Assembly (NCBI RefSeq): GCF_006345805.1
Contig: NC_043013.1
Span: forward strand, 25,234,001-25,298,000
Direction of reading: 5' to 3'
Origin: Octopus sinensis
Taxonomy: Eukaryota
DNA: 64,000 nt
The notes beneath the pieces are model-generated. The model was not told the origin of the DNA, made no database searches, and saw only the letters and a program-made list of their open reading frames with translations. Numbering within the stretch: the stretch's first letter is position 1; each line of letters starts with the position of its first letter. The position numbers and the translations under genes were made by a program. Positions 39,401-50,424 of this stretch are shown here, piece by piece.

Positions 39401-39691
39401 CTGTGAGAGACACAGAAAGGCATCTACTTTTATCTCAACAAGTGGTGTTCCTTGCCTGGAACTGTATCTGCGTATCTAACTTTGATGTGAGAAGTCAGAT
39501 GAATGTTCACAGATATTGATCATCTAATGCAACCATCTTTCTCAGATTGGAGAGACTATGAGAAAGAGAGAGAGAGAGAGTATTTCTGTTTGTGTGAGTA
39601 TATTTTTCATTGAGTGAAGCGCATGTATTTACAAAGATACCTTTATTTCACAAAAATGTCAAATGAAATGTGTAAAATAAATGGAACTCAC

Positions 39692-39769
39692 CAGGTATAA
39701 AACAAACATGAAATACAGTAGACCAACAATGGCTGTTATCAAGTAAACATACCAAGGACTTTCACTGTT
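39692..39769 (-). CDS. Nramp: Nramp exon, TM12 (NSESPWYVYLITAIVGLLYFMFVLYL)
   Basis: 78 nt, acceptor catcttcttgcag, donor GTGAGT; Y..FV.YL pattern typical of TM12. Confidence 0.88.
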
Positions 39770-40329
39770 CTGCAAGAAGATGAGCAAAGTCAAAATTAGC
39801 CTTTGGTAAATACAGAAATTATGAACAGGAATATGAAACAAAGCAACAGTATTGAATTCTATAGAATATCGTAAGAGCTTATTTAGAATTTTATAAATAT
39901 GAAATGTCTAACAACCAATAGTTTGCTACTAGTGATGGAAAAAAGTATCCATGGCCTGCATCATGTAGGAAGCAGCTGTGCTGGTGCCATGTAAAATGCA
40001 CTGGTGCAGGAGTTGGAAGTAATTCCATTTTCTGCAACCAGTGCAAACTATGGGTACATAAGAGGTGCAATGGAATCACAGATTAAGAGAAAGAGTTGTC
40101 TTTGCATATAGAAGATGCAGAAGAACAATAAGTATTAAGGTCACACAGGAATTAGACTCACTTAAACACACAGGAGGCTCTCTTGTTACCGAGGTGACCA
40201 AATTAGCAATGGTGGAGGATGTTCTGAAAGTATTGTTGCTAGAATCAGAAGAGGATGGAGGAAGTTCAGGGAACTAGTACCTCTGCTGGCAACAAAAGGA
40301 CTCTCGCTTGCAAAGTGAAAGACAGATTG

Positions 40330-41775
40330 TATGATGGTTGTATACATACAAATATACTCCATTGTAGTGAGACATGGGCTCTGAATGCAGAAGTCATGTG
40401 TAAACTAGAGAGAAATCATCATCATCATCTAAGGTCTGTTGTCCATGCTGGCATGGGTTGGATGGTTTGACCAGGGCTGGCAAGCTGGAAGGCTGCACCA
40501 CATCCCAATCTGATTTGGCATGATTTCTATGGCTGGATGCCCTTCCTAATGCCAACATCTCCAAGAGTGTAATGGGTGCTTTCGCATGACACCAGTATCT
40601 TCCATGACTGATTTTACTTGGCTTGATGGGTCTTCTCAAGCACAACATAATGCCAAAAGGCTCGGTTATTGCCTTTGTGAGGCCCAACACTAAAAAGGAG
40701 CTTTTCAAGTGCCACCGGCATCGGCCACTTAGCCTCTGTGAGGCGCAACACTCAAAAGGTAGTCTTTATGTGCCACTGGCACAGGTGCCAGTTACATGAC
40801 ACCTGCATCAACCATGACTACAATTACACTTGGCTTGATGGGTTTTCTCAGCCACAGTATATTACCAAAGGTCTCTGACACTAGTCATTGTCTCTGTGAG
40901 GCCCAAAATTCAAAGATCATGCTTCACCACCTCATCCCATGTCTTCCAAGGTCTACCTCTACAACAGGTTCCTTCCACAGTTAGAGATTGGCCCTTCTTT
41001 ACACAGCTTTCCTTGTCCATACACATCACATGACCATACCAGCACAGTTGTCACTCTTGCACACCACATCTGATGCCTCTTATGCCCAACCTTTCTCTCA
41101 AGATTTTTACACTCTGTCAAGCATGGACACTGACATTGTACATCCAGTGAAGCATACTAGCTTCATTTATTTCAAACTTACACATGTCCTCTGCTGTTAC
41201 AGCCCATGTTTCACTGCCATGTAGCATAGCTGTTCGCACACAGGCATCGTATGATCTGCCACTCCGTTGGATGTGCAACATCAGTGTACATGTATGACAA
41301 AGTGCAAATGTGTTGAGAGAGAAGTTGGGCATAAGCGGAATCAGACATGCAGCATGCAAGAGAGAAGATTACATTGGTTTAGACACGAGAGCTGTATAAA
41401 GAAGTGCTAATCACTGACAGTGGATGACACCTGTGGAAGTGGGAGAACCAGGAAGACAAGGGATGAAATAGTGAAGACCGATCTCAGGTTGTTAGGCCTC
41501 ACAGAGGAGATGATAATGTCTGGTGAAATGAGATTCTTGAGAACACTTGCCCACTTCAGCTAAACAGAGTTTGAGAAATGCTGTATGTTCCACCAACATG
41601 TAACAACAATACAATTTTTCACACAATTTACCCCAACAAACCAAACTACATCTCTTCTCTTCCTCACATGTCCTCTTTTTCATGCACTATACCAATGCTT
41701 ATCTCTCTCTCCCCAATCCTGTCCTCACTGTATCATTGCTATCCTCTTGTCTCCTAGCCCCTCTATATATCCAGG
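40330..41775 (+). mobile_element. RTE LINE fragment split by an antisense RTE insertion (about 40417-41260)
   Basis: The host sequence is colinear with 15800-16690 on both sides of the insert; the insert encodes ACVRTAMLHGSETWAVTAED on the minus strand. Confidence 0.75.
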
Positions 41776-42779
41776 TTGCACTCACAAGTCTTTGGTTGGC
41801 CTGAGGCTATAGAAGAAGACACTTGCTTGAAGTGCCATGCAGTGGGACTGAACTTGGAATCATGTGGTTGGGAAGCAAGCTTCTTACCACACAGCCATGC
41901 CTGTGCCTATATGGTTATTTTAAATGCAAAATAGTCAAAGTTGTGAGCTGCTGGAATTGGTAGCATGTTGGACAAATCGCTTAGCACCATCTCTGCTGCT
42001 TCTTTACATTTGAGTTCAAATTCTATCAAGGCTGATTTTGCCTTCTATCCTCTCAGGGATAATAAAATAAGTAACAGATATATACTGAAGTCAATATAAT
42101 TGGCTTCCTTCTATCCTTAAAATTGTTAGTTTTGTGTCAAAAATTATAAAGAATTCTTATTTACCATATTTCATATCATCATCATCATCATTACCATTTA
42201 ATGTGGCATGTAAAAAGCACCATCTGACTGTGGCTATTGCCAGCTTTGTCTGATCCCCGTGCCGGTGGCACATGAAAAGCACCATCCGATCGTGGCCGTT
42301 TGCCAGCCTCGTCTGGCACCTGTGCCAGTGGCACGTAAAAAGCACCCACTACACTCACGGAGTGGTTGGCGTTAGGAAGGGCATCCAGCTGTAGAAACAC
42401 TGCCAGATCAGACTGGGCCTGGTGCAGCCTTCTGGCTTCCCAGACCCTAATTGAACCGTCCAACCCATGCCAGCATGGAAAGCAGACGTTAAATGATGAT
42501 GATGTCCATGCTGGCATAGTTTGAATGGTTTGACTGGGCTGGCAAGCTGGAAGGCTGCACCTTGCTCCAGTCTGATTTAGCATGGTTTTCTATGGCTGGA
42601 TGTCCTTCCTAACGCCAATGACTCTGAGAGTGCAATGGGTGTTTTTACGTGTCACCAACATGGGTGCCACTTGCATGACACTGGGGTGCATTTACAAAAT
42701 AATTTTGCTACCAATAACATTAACAATTAAGATTAAAAATAATTAAAATGAAAGGAAAAAATTAAAAAAGTATACTAAC

Positions 42780-42855
42780 GATGTAAAAGCTAATCAGGTA
42801 AATATTGACACCAATGTCTAAGATGGCTAAGAACCACACAACACCTTGCAGGATT
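42780..42855 (-). CDS. Nramp: Nramp exon, TM11 (RILQGVVWFLAILDIGVNIYLISFYI)
   Basis: 76 nt, acceptor tttctgtttcag, donor GTTAGT; restores the phase after KNG; hydrophobic helix with the expected N.Y. Confidence 0.88.
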
Positions 42856-43399
42856 CTGAAACAGAAATATTTCACTAAAATTATACATTTAAAATTTGTA
42901 AAAAATAAAAAAATAGAAAGTTAATTCTTTTTCTTACAAGCATTACCAATGAAAGGGCAGACATTCTAACTAAGAATTGAAACCTGCTCATAAATTTTCC
43001 CAGTTGAACATTTATTTTGGTACAGTCTTCTGGCTTTCCAGACCCCAGTCAAACTGTCTAACTCATGCCAGCATGGAAAGCAGACGTTAAATGACAACGA
43101 TGATGATGATAATGACAGAAATAACAACTGTTGATTGAGGATGTTGTGGTAGATGCCCCCAGATGGGAAGTGGACTGATCCACTACTAATAAATAGTGGA
43201 CAGACTCAGTAAGTAGTGTCAGTCAGTGCGGTAGGCTGTACAGACCAGTCACACAGATGGTGAAATATGTCATCATAATGCAGGACATATCAGAGGGTGA
43301 AATTAGTAAGAAACTCAAGGGAGAGCTGAACAGTAGATGGTCTCCAGAGAAATCCCACCCTGCTTTCCTCATGCATATGTTTCAACCTTTGACTCCTTG

Positions 43400-43700
43400 T
43401 ACCCTCAGGGGGCTGGTGACATATCCAGGTCACCACCCTTGGATATCTCTCTGTGCCATTGTTTATGTTTTAGCCCTCCTGGATGGTTAAGGTATCCCAG
43501 CTCCAAAGCATGTTGGGCGCTGTAACCAGTTCATTCAATGATGCCAGTTGACTGTAGGCTAAATTATTGCCTTTTGAAATTCACTTCCATTCCTCTTTGA
43601 CTAGATCCCCCTGAAACTCTTCTCAGCTGCTTCTTTGATTGCCTTAAGAACTCTGGTTCTCTTTCTTCCAGAAATTGAGAGCTGTTTCAGGAGATCGCAT
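43400..43700 (-). mobile_element. Possible 3' remnant of an RLE-type (HERO/NeSL-like) LINE
   Basis: Peptide ISGRKRTRVLKAIKEAAEKSFRGI resembles, from memory, the C-terminus of these elements; weak. Confidence 0.3.
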
Positions 43701-43796
43701 GCAACTTTTCATTTATACAATGTGTGTCTGAGAAAGATATTTGAGTGAAACCTTTAATCTATATACTTATAAATGGCAATTTCTGTCTGTCTGTTA

Positions 43797-43951
43797 CCAT
43801 TTAGTAAAATAACTTTGTTATCATTAAGCTAGTGTTAGGAACATAAATTGTGACTAAGGTTTGATGGAAGATTTTAATTCAGATCTTTTGAAAACAAGGC
43901 ATTTGTACTGCAGAGCCAGAGGTAGTTTCAGGCAGGTTGGTATCAAAAGGG
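43797..43951 (-). mobile_element. piggyBac-like MITE family 1, truncated copy
   Basis: Matches the right part of the 51613-51832 copy and ends in aaaagggTTAA. Confidence 0.7.
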
Positions 43952-44092
43952 TTAAAGAAGTAGAAAAAAAAGTTGTATCAAAATATTACCAGAGAATTGT
44001 GTTAAAAGATATTTTGTTAAATCTGCCAAGAGGGAGAACAGATCAAATGAAAGATAATGTAATAAAATAAAACAATATTATTCACTGTGACT

Positions 44093-44156
44093 TCAAAGAC
44101 TGCCGTCCAACAATGGCTTAGCTGCTGAATCTTCGAAGTCACTGTCAACAACATTC
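44093..44156 (-). CDS. Candidate alternative terminal exon (NVVDSDFEDSAAKPLLDGSL stop)
   Basis: Acceptor ttattcttatacag; open only in the phase left by the TM10 exon; acidic dileucine-like end. Confidence 0.3.
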
Positions 44157-44564
44157 CTGTATAAGAATAATAAATTTGTATTCTGCAAAAGTACAGAGTA
44201 ATCTATCAGACTAATGTAAAATTATTTTCATTATAACTGAACATAAAAGAAACAATCACTTATATCTCATTATCATCATCATCATCATTTAATATCCGTT
44301 GTCCATGCTGGCATGGGTTTTACAGTTTGACCAGGGCTGGCAAGCTGGAAAGCTGCACCGGACTCCAGTCTGATTTGGCATAGTTTCTATGGCTGAATGC
44401 CCTTCCTAATGCCAACCACTCCAAGAGTGTAATGGGTGCTTTTATGTACCATCAGTATCTGCCACAACTGCAATTTTACTTGACTTGATGGGTCTTCTTC
44501 TCAAGCAAGATATAATGCCAAAGGTCTCAGTCATTGCCTCTGTGAGGCCCAACACTATGTATCA

Positions 44565-45000
44565 TCATCATCATTTAGCGTCCGTTTTCCATGCTAGCAT
44601 GGGTTGGACGGTTCAACTGGGGTCTGGGGAGCCCGAAGGCTGCACCAGGCCAGTCAGATCTGGCAGTGTTTCTACAGCTGGATGCCCTTCCTAACGCCAA
44701 CCACTCCGAGAGTGTAGTGGGTGATTTTATGTGCCACCGACACAGGTGCCAGACGAGGCTGGCGAACGGCCACGCTCGGATGGTGTTTTTATGTGCCACC
44801 GACACAGGTGCCAGACGAGGCTGGCAGACGGTCACGCTCGGATGGTGTTTTTATGTGCCACCGACACAGGTGCCAGATGAGGCTGGCGGACGGCCACGAT
44901 CGGATGGTGTTTGTTACGTCCCCAAAGCACGGAGGCCAGTCTATGCGGTACTGGCTACGGCCACGTTCGGATGATTTTCTTGTGTGCCACCGGCACTGGT
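44565..45000 (-). mobile_element. Young (GAT)n-tailed RTE 3' end with a 62-bp VNTR; representative of roughly 30 related copies in the window
   Basis: CpGs retained; core tttctacagctggatgcccttcctaacgccaaccactc; unit starts at 44729, 44791 and 44853. Confidence 0.85.
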
Positions 45001-46447
45001 ACCACAAAGATACAAATTCCATTGATGTTCATCTATTTTGATTTGTTTTGATTTTCACTTGCCTCAACAGGTCTTCACAAGTGTCACAAGAAGGAAGGTA
45101 TGCACAGGTGGACTGACTACGTTCCAGGTAGGGGCCACGGGTTATGGTATGTGTATATATATTATCATCATCAATCATCATCATTTAACGTCTGTTGTCC
45201 ATGCTGGCATGGGTTGGATATTACATTACATACACACACACACACACACATGATTATCTATATTGATTATAGTTTGATTACATTGATATACATATCATGG
45301 ATTTTTACACTGTCCTAAAGGAAATATTTTGGTAATCAAAGATTTCTTGCATTGGCAGAAAATATTGGTAATATATATAACACTGTAAAGTACAACAAAA
45401 GAATTTATAAAGCAAAACCAATGAAAGAACCTCTAAAAGTCTGCATATTTTTTACTAGAAATAGCTGCCAGATCTCACTAAAATAATATTTTACTGTTTA
45501 AAAAAAAGAGAACAACTGAATGGTGTAGTCTTACATACTGTTATCTCCAACAATTACTATTTTGTATTACTATTTAGTATTAGTTTTCACAACTTGTTGA
45601 AGCGAGTCACTTCTGGTTTGTATCTGGGATCGAGGTTGTTTTGTTTCCAGAAAAACTGGCGGAGTCTTTTTGTGTCCATCTATATCTCGGAAAACCTGCT
45701 GTCATCTCTGAATGTTCTCCTTCTTTGGTTATTTCATGTTGCTGCGAACGTGGCTTTGTACCAGTGTAACCAATTTTTTACTGCTTTTAGAATGATGAGC
45801 TGACAAAGTTTTTGTAAGATAATCTAAATATATCTAGTAGTTTTCCTTACATGAACCTGAGACATATAATGTTGTGTAGATAATTGTATATTCATGGGTG
45901 AAAGTGCTTCAGTACATCTAACATTTTTTCCTCATTCAGTACTTTTCGCCCATATGTGTCAGTCATAATAAAAATTTTGAATGTATTTTCTAATCAAATT
46001 TTGTTACAAGAAAGTTGTATATCAAGAAGTCAAATATCAGTAAAACCCTGTTCAAGTAATTTTTGCATTTAAGTTTGTCTTATTTTGTAGTCTACTGTAT
46101 ACTTGCCATACATTTGTATATACATGTGGTACACCTGCACAATGTAACGTACGAATAGAAAATAAATGGCTCCAAAAATAAAAAAACCATTGTTCGTCTT
46201 TGTTATCACAGTGGTGATTGTGACCCTGCTCACCTAGATTTCTACATGAAGCAGCAAAACATACATTTATCATCATTATCATTGTTTAACATCCACATTA
46301 AGCTGTGATCACACATGGCATGGGTGGTCACAGCTTCAATATCTTTCTCATCATAGATCTACTGGATCAATGATTACTTGGGGCTTAAAAGCAACAATAA
46401 CAACAATATCAAACAACAGCTTGTATTAGGGGAAATATGATACATAC

Positions 46448-46668
46448 CTGCCATTTTTGAAATCATTCATTATCTTCAAACTGCTTGTAAAGTGAAGAAT
46501 GGGAAACAATGCAAATGGTAATTCGACACTCTGTAACACATTTAACCAAGTGTTCAAAGGATCCAAGAATTTCTGAGCTAATAATGCCACCAAAATCGTT
46601 GGAACCATTGCAATTGATCGGGTCATCAGTACACGCTGCCATTTTGGCCATCTGATGTTAAGGAAACC
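46448..46668 (-). CDS. Nramp: Nramp exon, TM9-TM10 (GFLNIRWPKWQRVLMTRSIAMVPT...WLNVLQSVELPFALFPILHFTSSLKIMNDFKNG)
   Basis: 221 nt, acceptor tttttctcag, donor GTATGT (phase 2); strong Nramp motifs. Confidence 0.96.
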
Positions 46669-47766
46669 CTGAGAAAAAAATGTTTTTTTTCTTTTAATAT
46701 TTAAACAGAGTGATACAATAGACAAAGAGAGAAATGTAGAAACAAATAATAAAGCTAATCCTGTTATTAAATAGTAATGGTCAAAGAGTATTAGCAACAA
46801 ATATAAAGTGAAATGGATTTAACTGAATATTGTCCAACCCATGCCAGCATGAAAAACAGACATTAAGTAATGATGATGATGATGAAATATCAATGTGCAT
46901 TTCATGGAAAACAAAACAGGTGCAACGACATGGATGGCAGCTTTTGTCAGTGAAAAACTGATCTGAACCATTAGACATTATTTCATTTGATCACATGCAC
47001 CAGTTTTCTCACTAATTCAATTCAAGCAGAATCAGACTTTCTCCCATTTACTAGTTTAACAAATGTTGCAAATATTCTTATTTATAATATCAATCCTTTA
47101 GCATTTAGATTACTGTCAAATGTAATGCTTAATTATTCACATTATTTCAAATTAATCATGCATGATCTCACAGCTTTGAGATTTCAATGTTGTGAGTATT
47201 TTTAGAATGACATTGTAGGATAGGTGAGAGAGGTTGGATCTGGACCATATTGGCTGACTTAGCTGTTTAGCATTGATCTTGACTCTTTGAGAGAGACAGA
47301 GCGAAGCTTACCATACAGCCATTTAATACAGTGAAACCTCAACTCATGAACACCTCTTGTTACAAACAAATCAGTTTATGAACAATTTTTCAAACATAAA
47401 GCGTCTAGGATGATGAATGGTGTCTCAAGTAATGAAAACACAAACTGGCAACAACAGTTCATGACAAGCTGGGCGTATCAACTGGAATGGGTCAGTTGTT
47501 GTCTATCTTTCATTCTGTGTACATCTCCACTCGCATTTGCTGTACCTTTTCTTGAATTTCCTATGGGAAAATTAGTTTTGGTTTATGAACATTTTGGGAG
47601 AAGAACAAATTAAATTTGCAAGAAAAGGTGCCACTGTATTTATATTAAACCAGGAGTGGCTTTAAGTTTTGCTTTGCATTCAAATCTGAAACACTCTGAG
47701 GTTCCCTTAAAAATAATGTGAAAGAAAAATCAATTTTTGAGACTAAAAACCAAAACAATACTTTAG

Positions 47767-48058
47767 GCGTGGCTGTGTTGCTTCTTAACCACATAGTTTT
47801 GGGTTCAGTCCCACTGTGTAGCACCTTGGGCAAGTGTCTTCTATTATAGCCTTGGGCCAACCAAAGCCTTGTCAGTGGATTTAGTAACCAATGTTGGTGT
47901 GTTTCATGTCCCCATAACTTAGCAGGTTGGCAAAAGAGACCGACAGAATAAGTACTAGGCTTACAAAGAATAAGTCCTGGGGTCGATTTGTTTGACTAAA
48001 ACCCCTTAAGGTGGTGTTCCAGCATGGCTCAGTCAAATGACTGAAACAAATAAAAGAA
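47767..48058 (+). mobile_element. CORE-type SINE family B (octopus OR-like); other copies about 2920-3250(-), 12170-12320, 20166-21005, 24130-24450(-), 25935-26180, 41780-41910(-), 50860-51080(-), 54810-55345(-), 55460-55790
   Basis: tRNA-like head followed by the CORE-like gcaccttgggcaagtgtcttct, often with an internal (GT)n; multiple colinear copies. Confidence 0.8.
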
Positions 48059-48282
48059 TGTTGTTTTTAACTTCCATTGAAGGTATTCAAAACATAATAA
48101 CGATCTGGTTAATTTATGTTATAACAGTTTAATTAACGTCGTAGAGTATGATTGCACACATGCTTACAGATATGTTAAGTTAAAGATTGAGTATTTTCTC
48201 AGCAGAGATGTTTCCAAACAGGTCCCTATGCAGCTGCCATTCACCAATGGTACTAAAAAGATTCTTTATAATTTCTCTAGAT

Positions 48283-48481
48283 CAATGGTTCTCAACGTTT
48301 TTAATATCTAGACCAAATCCAAAACTGGGATTTTTTTAAGGAGCCACACCCCAAAAAAAAGTAAAACAGAGGTCAATTAAAGAAAAATCTATTATATCTA
48401 TAGAAGGAACCCCAGTGGGAATTTCCAGAAGGATGCTTGAGGGCTGCAAACACTTCTAGAAGTCACGGTAGAGAACTGCTT
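48283..48481. mobile_element. Degenerate hAT-type MITE just downstream of the Nramp micro-exon
   Basis: Ends caatggttctcaac / gtagagaactgct resemble hAT TIRs; imperfect 8-bp flanks ctctagat / cttgagac. Confidence 0.35.
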
Positions 48482-48512
48482 CTTGAGACAATAAAATATT
48501 CAAGCAACTTAC

Positions 48513-48542
48513 CTCCATGACAAACTGTCCAGTATAAGTTCC
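48513..48542 (-). CDS. Nramp: Nramp 30-nt micro-exon (GTYTGQFVME)
   Basis: Acceptor ttttacag, donor GTAAGT; supplies the missing middle of the conserved GQSSTMTGTY.GQFVMEGFL motif. Confidence 0.93.
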
Positions 48543-48861
48543 CTGTAAAATTAATCGAAAATCTGTCATTATTGTATCTATATGTGCATTGGCATACTGC
48601 AGAAATAAATTACCATTTTAATAAAGAAAAAGAAATATTTATGCAGATTGGCAAATTGTAAACTATAAAATGTTCCCCTTGGTCTACACATGTTCCTTTG
48701 ACTTTTCATACTTGTTTAATAGTATTTTAATTAAGAGTGAGAAATGCGACAAATTTACTTACAAGTAGCTTCCCTTCAATAAAATTTGTTTTAGCTTAAC
48801 TTGGAAAACTACAAACATTTGGATCAAGTGTTACAAAAGCAGAGCAAAATATTTTTATTAC

Positions 48862-48954
48862 CGTCATAGTTGAACTTTGTCCAGAAGCCAAAACTCCAAC
48901 TGCCCAAATAATTTTTAAAGCAGGCATATTGAAGTGTGTAGCTAACCATGTTCC
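48862..48954 (-). CDS. Nramp: Nramp exon, TM8 (GTWLATHFNMPALKIIWAVGVLASGQSSTMT)
   Basis: 93 nt, acceptor ctttcttttcag, donor GTAATA; IWAVG.LA.GQSSTMT signature. Confidence 0.95.
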
Positions 48955-49714
48955 CTGAAAAGAAAGATAAACTTTGGTTCAAACTCAGCAATAATGATAA
49001 TTAATCAATCTGCAATTAACAGAGCTAAATTACTTGTCTTCAATTCCAATGAGTTAATCTCATACATCTATATTTTTACCTTTTCTACTCTGGTTCTATG
49101 TTAGCTCTTCATAAAATCCAGATATGCCGTCCATGTTATGGTTAAACAGTACTGTTTAGTTGTCATCTTTTCAGTTGAAAGCAATACAAAGCAACAAATT
49201 CACAAATTTTTCTGTTTTACTCGAGATAATAAATGGTCTGCCAGTACTTTTTTAAATAAGTATTTTCAGTATAACGAAGGGAGTTCAGGAGTAATGATAC
49301 CATACTGAACTTGATATTTAATTATTACACAAAAAGCATTGGTACAGGTGCCACATGAAAAGCACCGGTGCTGGTGCCATGTTAAAAGTACTGGTGATGG
49401 TGCCATGCATAAAGCCCTGGTGCTGGTTCCACATAAAAAGCATCCAGTACACCCTGTAAAGAGGTTGGCATTAGGAAGGGCATCCAGCTGTAGAAACCAA
49501 ACCAAATCAGACTATAGAACTTGGTGTGGCTCCTGGCTTTGCCAGCTTCTGTCAAATTGTCCAACTCGTGCCAGCATGGAAAACAGATTATTAAATGATG
49601 ATGATGATGATGAAGTCTTTGTAACATCTCCAGAATTAAGTGCCTTGACACAAATCACGTATGCTATTAGGTTTTATGCAGATACATAAAAATATAGAAT
49701 AACATAATACTTAC

Positions 49715-49812
49715 AGCTTTTGCAAGTGTATCAGTGCCATCAGGTAGGTTTGCAGCAGCGAAGACAGTTACCACAAACATGTTGATGATAAATGATAAGA
49801 ACAGGGCCAAAG
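49715..49812 (-). CDS. Nramp: Nramp exon, TM7 and shortened loop (SLALFLSFIINMFVVTVFAAANLPDGTDTLAKA)
   Basis: 98 nt, acceptor cattttatag, donor GTAAGT; the phase fits the preceding exon; matches ALF.SF.IN.FVV.VFA. Confidence 0.93.
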
Positions 49813-50104
49813 CTATAAAATGAAAATCATATGTGAGATTAAACTTGATTTATAAAACAGAAATGCTACAAGTTTACATAAGTAGAATTATAGGTTATAT
49901 GATTCTGATTTGAGTGCTGCAGAATGAGACATGATAGCTTTGCTTAAGGCTCAAATTATAATCGCATGTCTGAGTGATTAACAATAAGAAGAGTAGCCTA
50001 CCACTGCCAAGCAGTCCATCACTCATGATGACATGGGTTCTGCTTGATCTGATTCATTTAATCCAATCACTGGAACAGCCTGCTTGTGAAATTAATAGGC
50101 GAAG

Positions 50105-50424
50105 TGGCTGAGCACACTACAGGCAAATGGATGAGCACTCCACAGGCAAATGGTTGTGTGCACCACAGGCAAATGGCTGAGCACTCCACAGGCAAATAGA
50201 TGAGCACTCCACAGGCAAATGACTGAGCACTCCACAGGCAAATGACTGAGCATTCCACAGGCAAATGGCTGAGCACACCACAAGCAAATGGCTGAGCACA
50301 CCACAGGCAAATGGCTGAGCACACCACAGACAAATGGCTGAGCACACCACAGGAAAATGGCTAAGCACGCCACAGGCAAATGACTGAGCATTCCACAGGC
50401 AAATAGCTGAGCACTTCACAGACA
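50105..50424. repeat. Minisatellite: 13 full and 1 partial copies of a 23-bp unit (tggctgagcactccacaggcaaa)
   Basis: Units start every 23 bp from 50105 to 50404, inside a family C SINE. Confidence 0.95.

Noticed and set aside
39505-39556. Strong pyrimidine-tract acceptor near 39556 as the post-TM12 exon
   Set aside because: The tract is a (CT)n microsatellite; phase 0 stops after 11 codons with no Nramp-like features.
34700-39700. Iron-responsive element in the Nramp 3' region
   Set aside because: The CAGTGN loops I checked (about 37556, 38011, and also 44083) lack the 5-bp stem and bulged C; a formal IRE search (Rfam RF00037 or SIREs) would be decisive.
44575-45041. GC-rich ORFs of 77-127 aa, and many similar ORFs with LALGRASSC or LQLDALPNAN text
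   Set aside because: These are recurrent translations of the non-coding RTE tail and VNTR in different frames.
46669-46800. Hydrophobic N-terminal extension of the 46426-46800 ORF
   Set aside because: It lies upstream of a clear acceptor, and the 48513 micro-exon supplies the true preceding sequence; T-rich intron read-through.
49080-49166. 87-nt AG..GT-bounded segment in the Nramp TM7-8 intron as the missing loop exon
   Set aside because: It has an in-frame TAA and no resemblance to the Nramp loop; at most a poison or cryptic exon.
50067-50419. Three overlapping ORFs of about 100 aa and a CRISPR-like look
   Set aside because: Contiguous 23-bp tandem units with no spacers, in a eukaryotic SINE; no cas genes.
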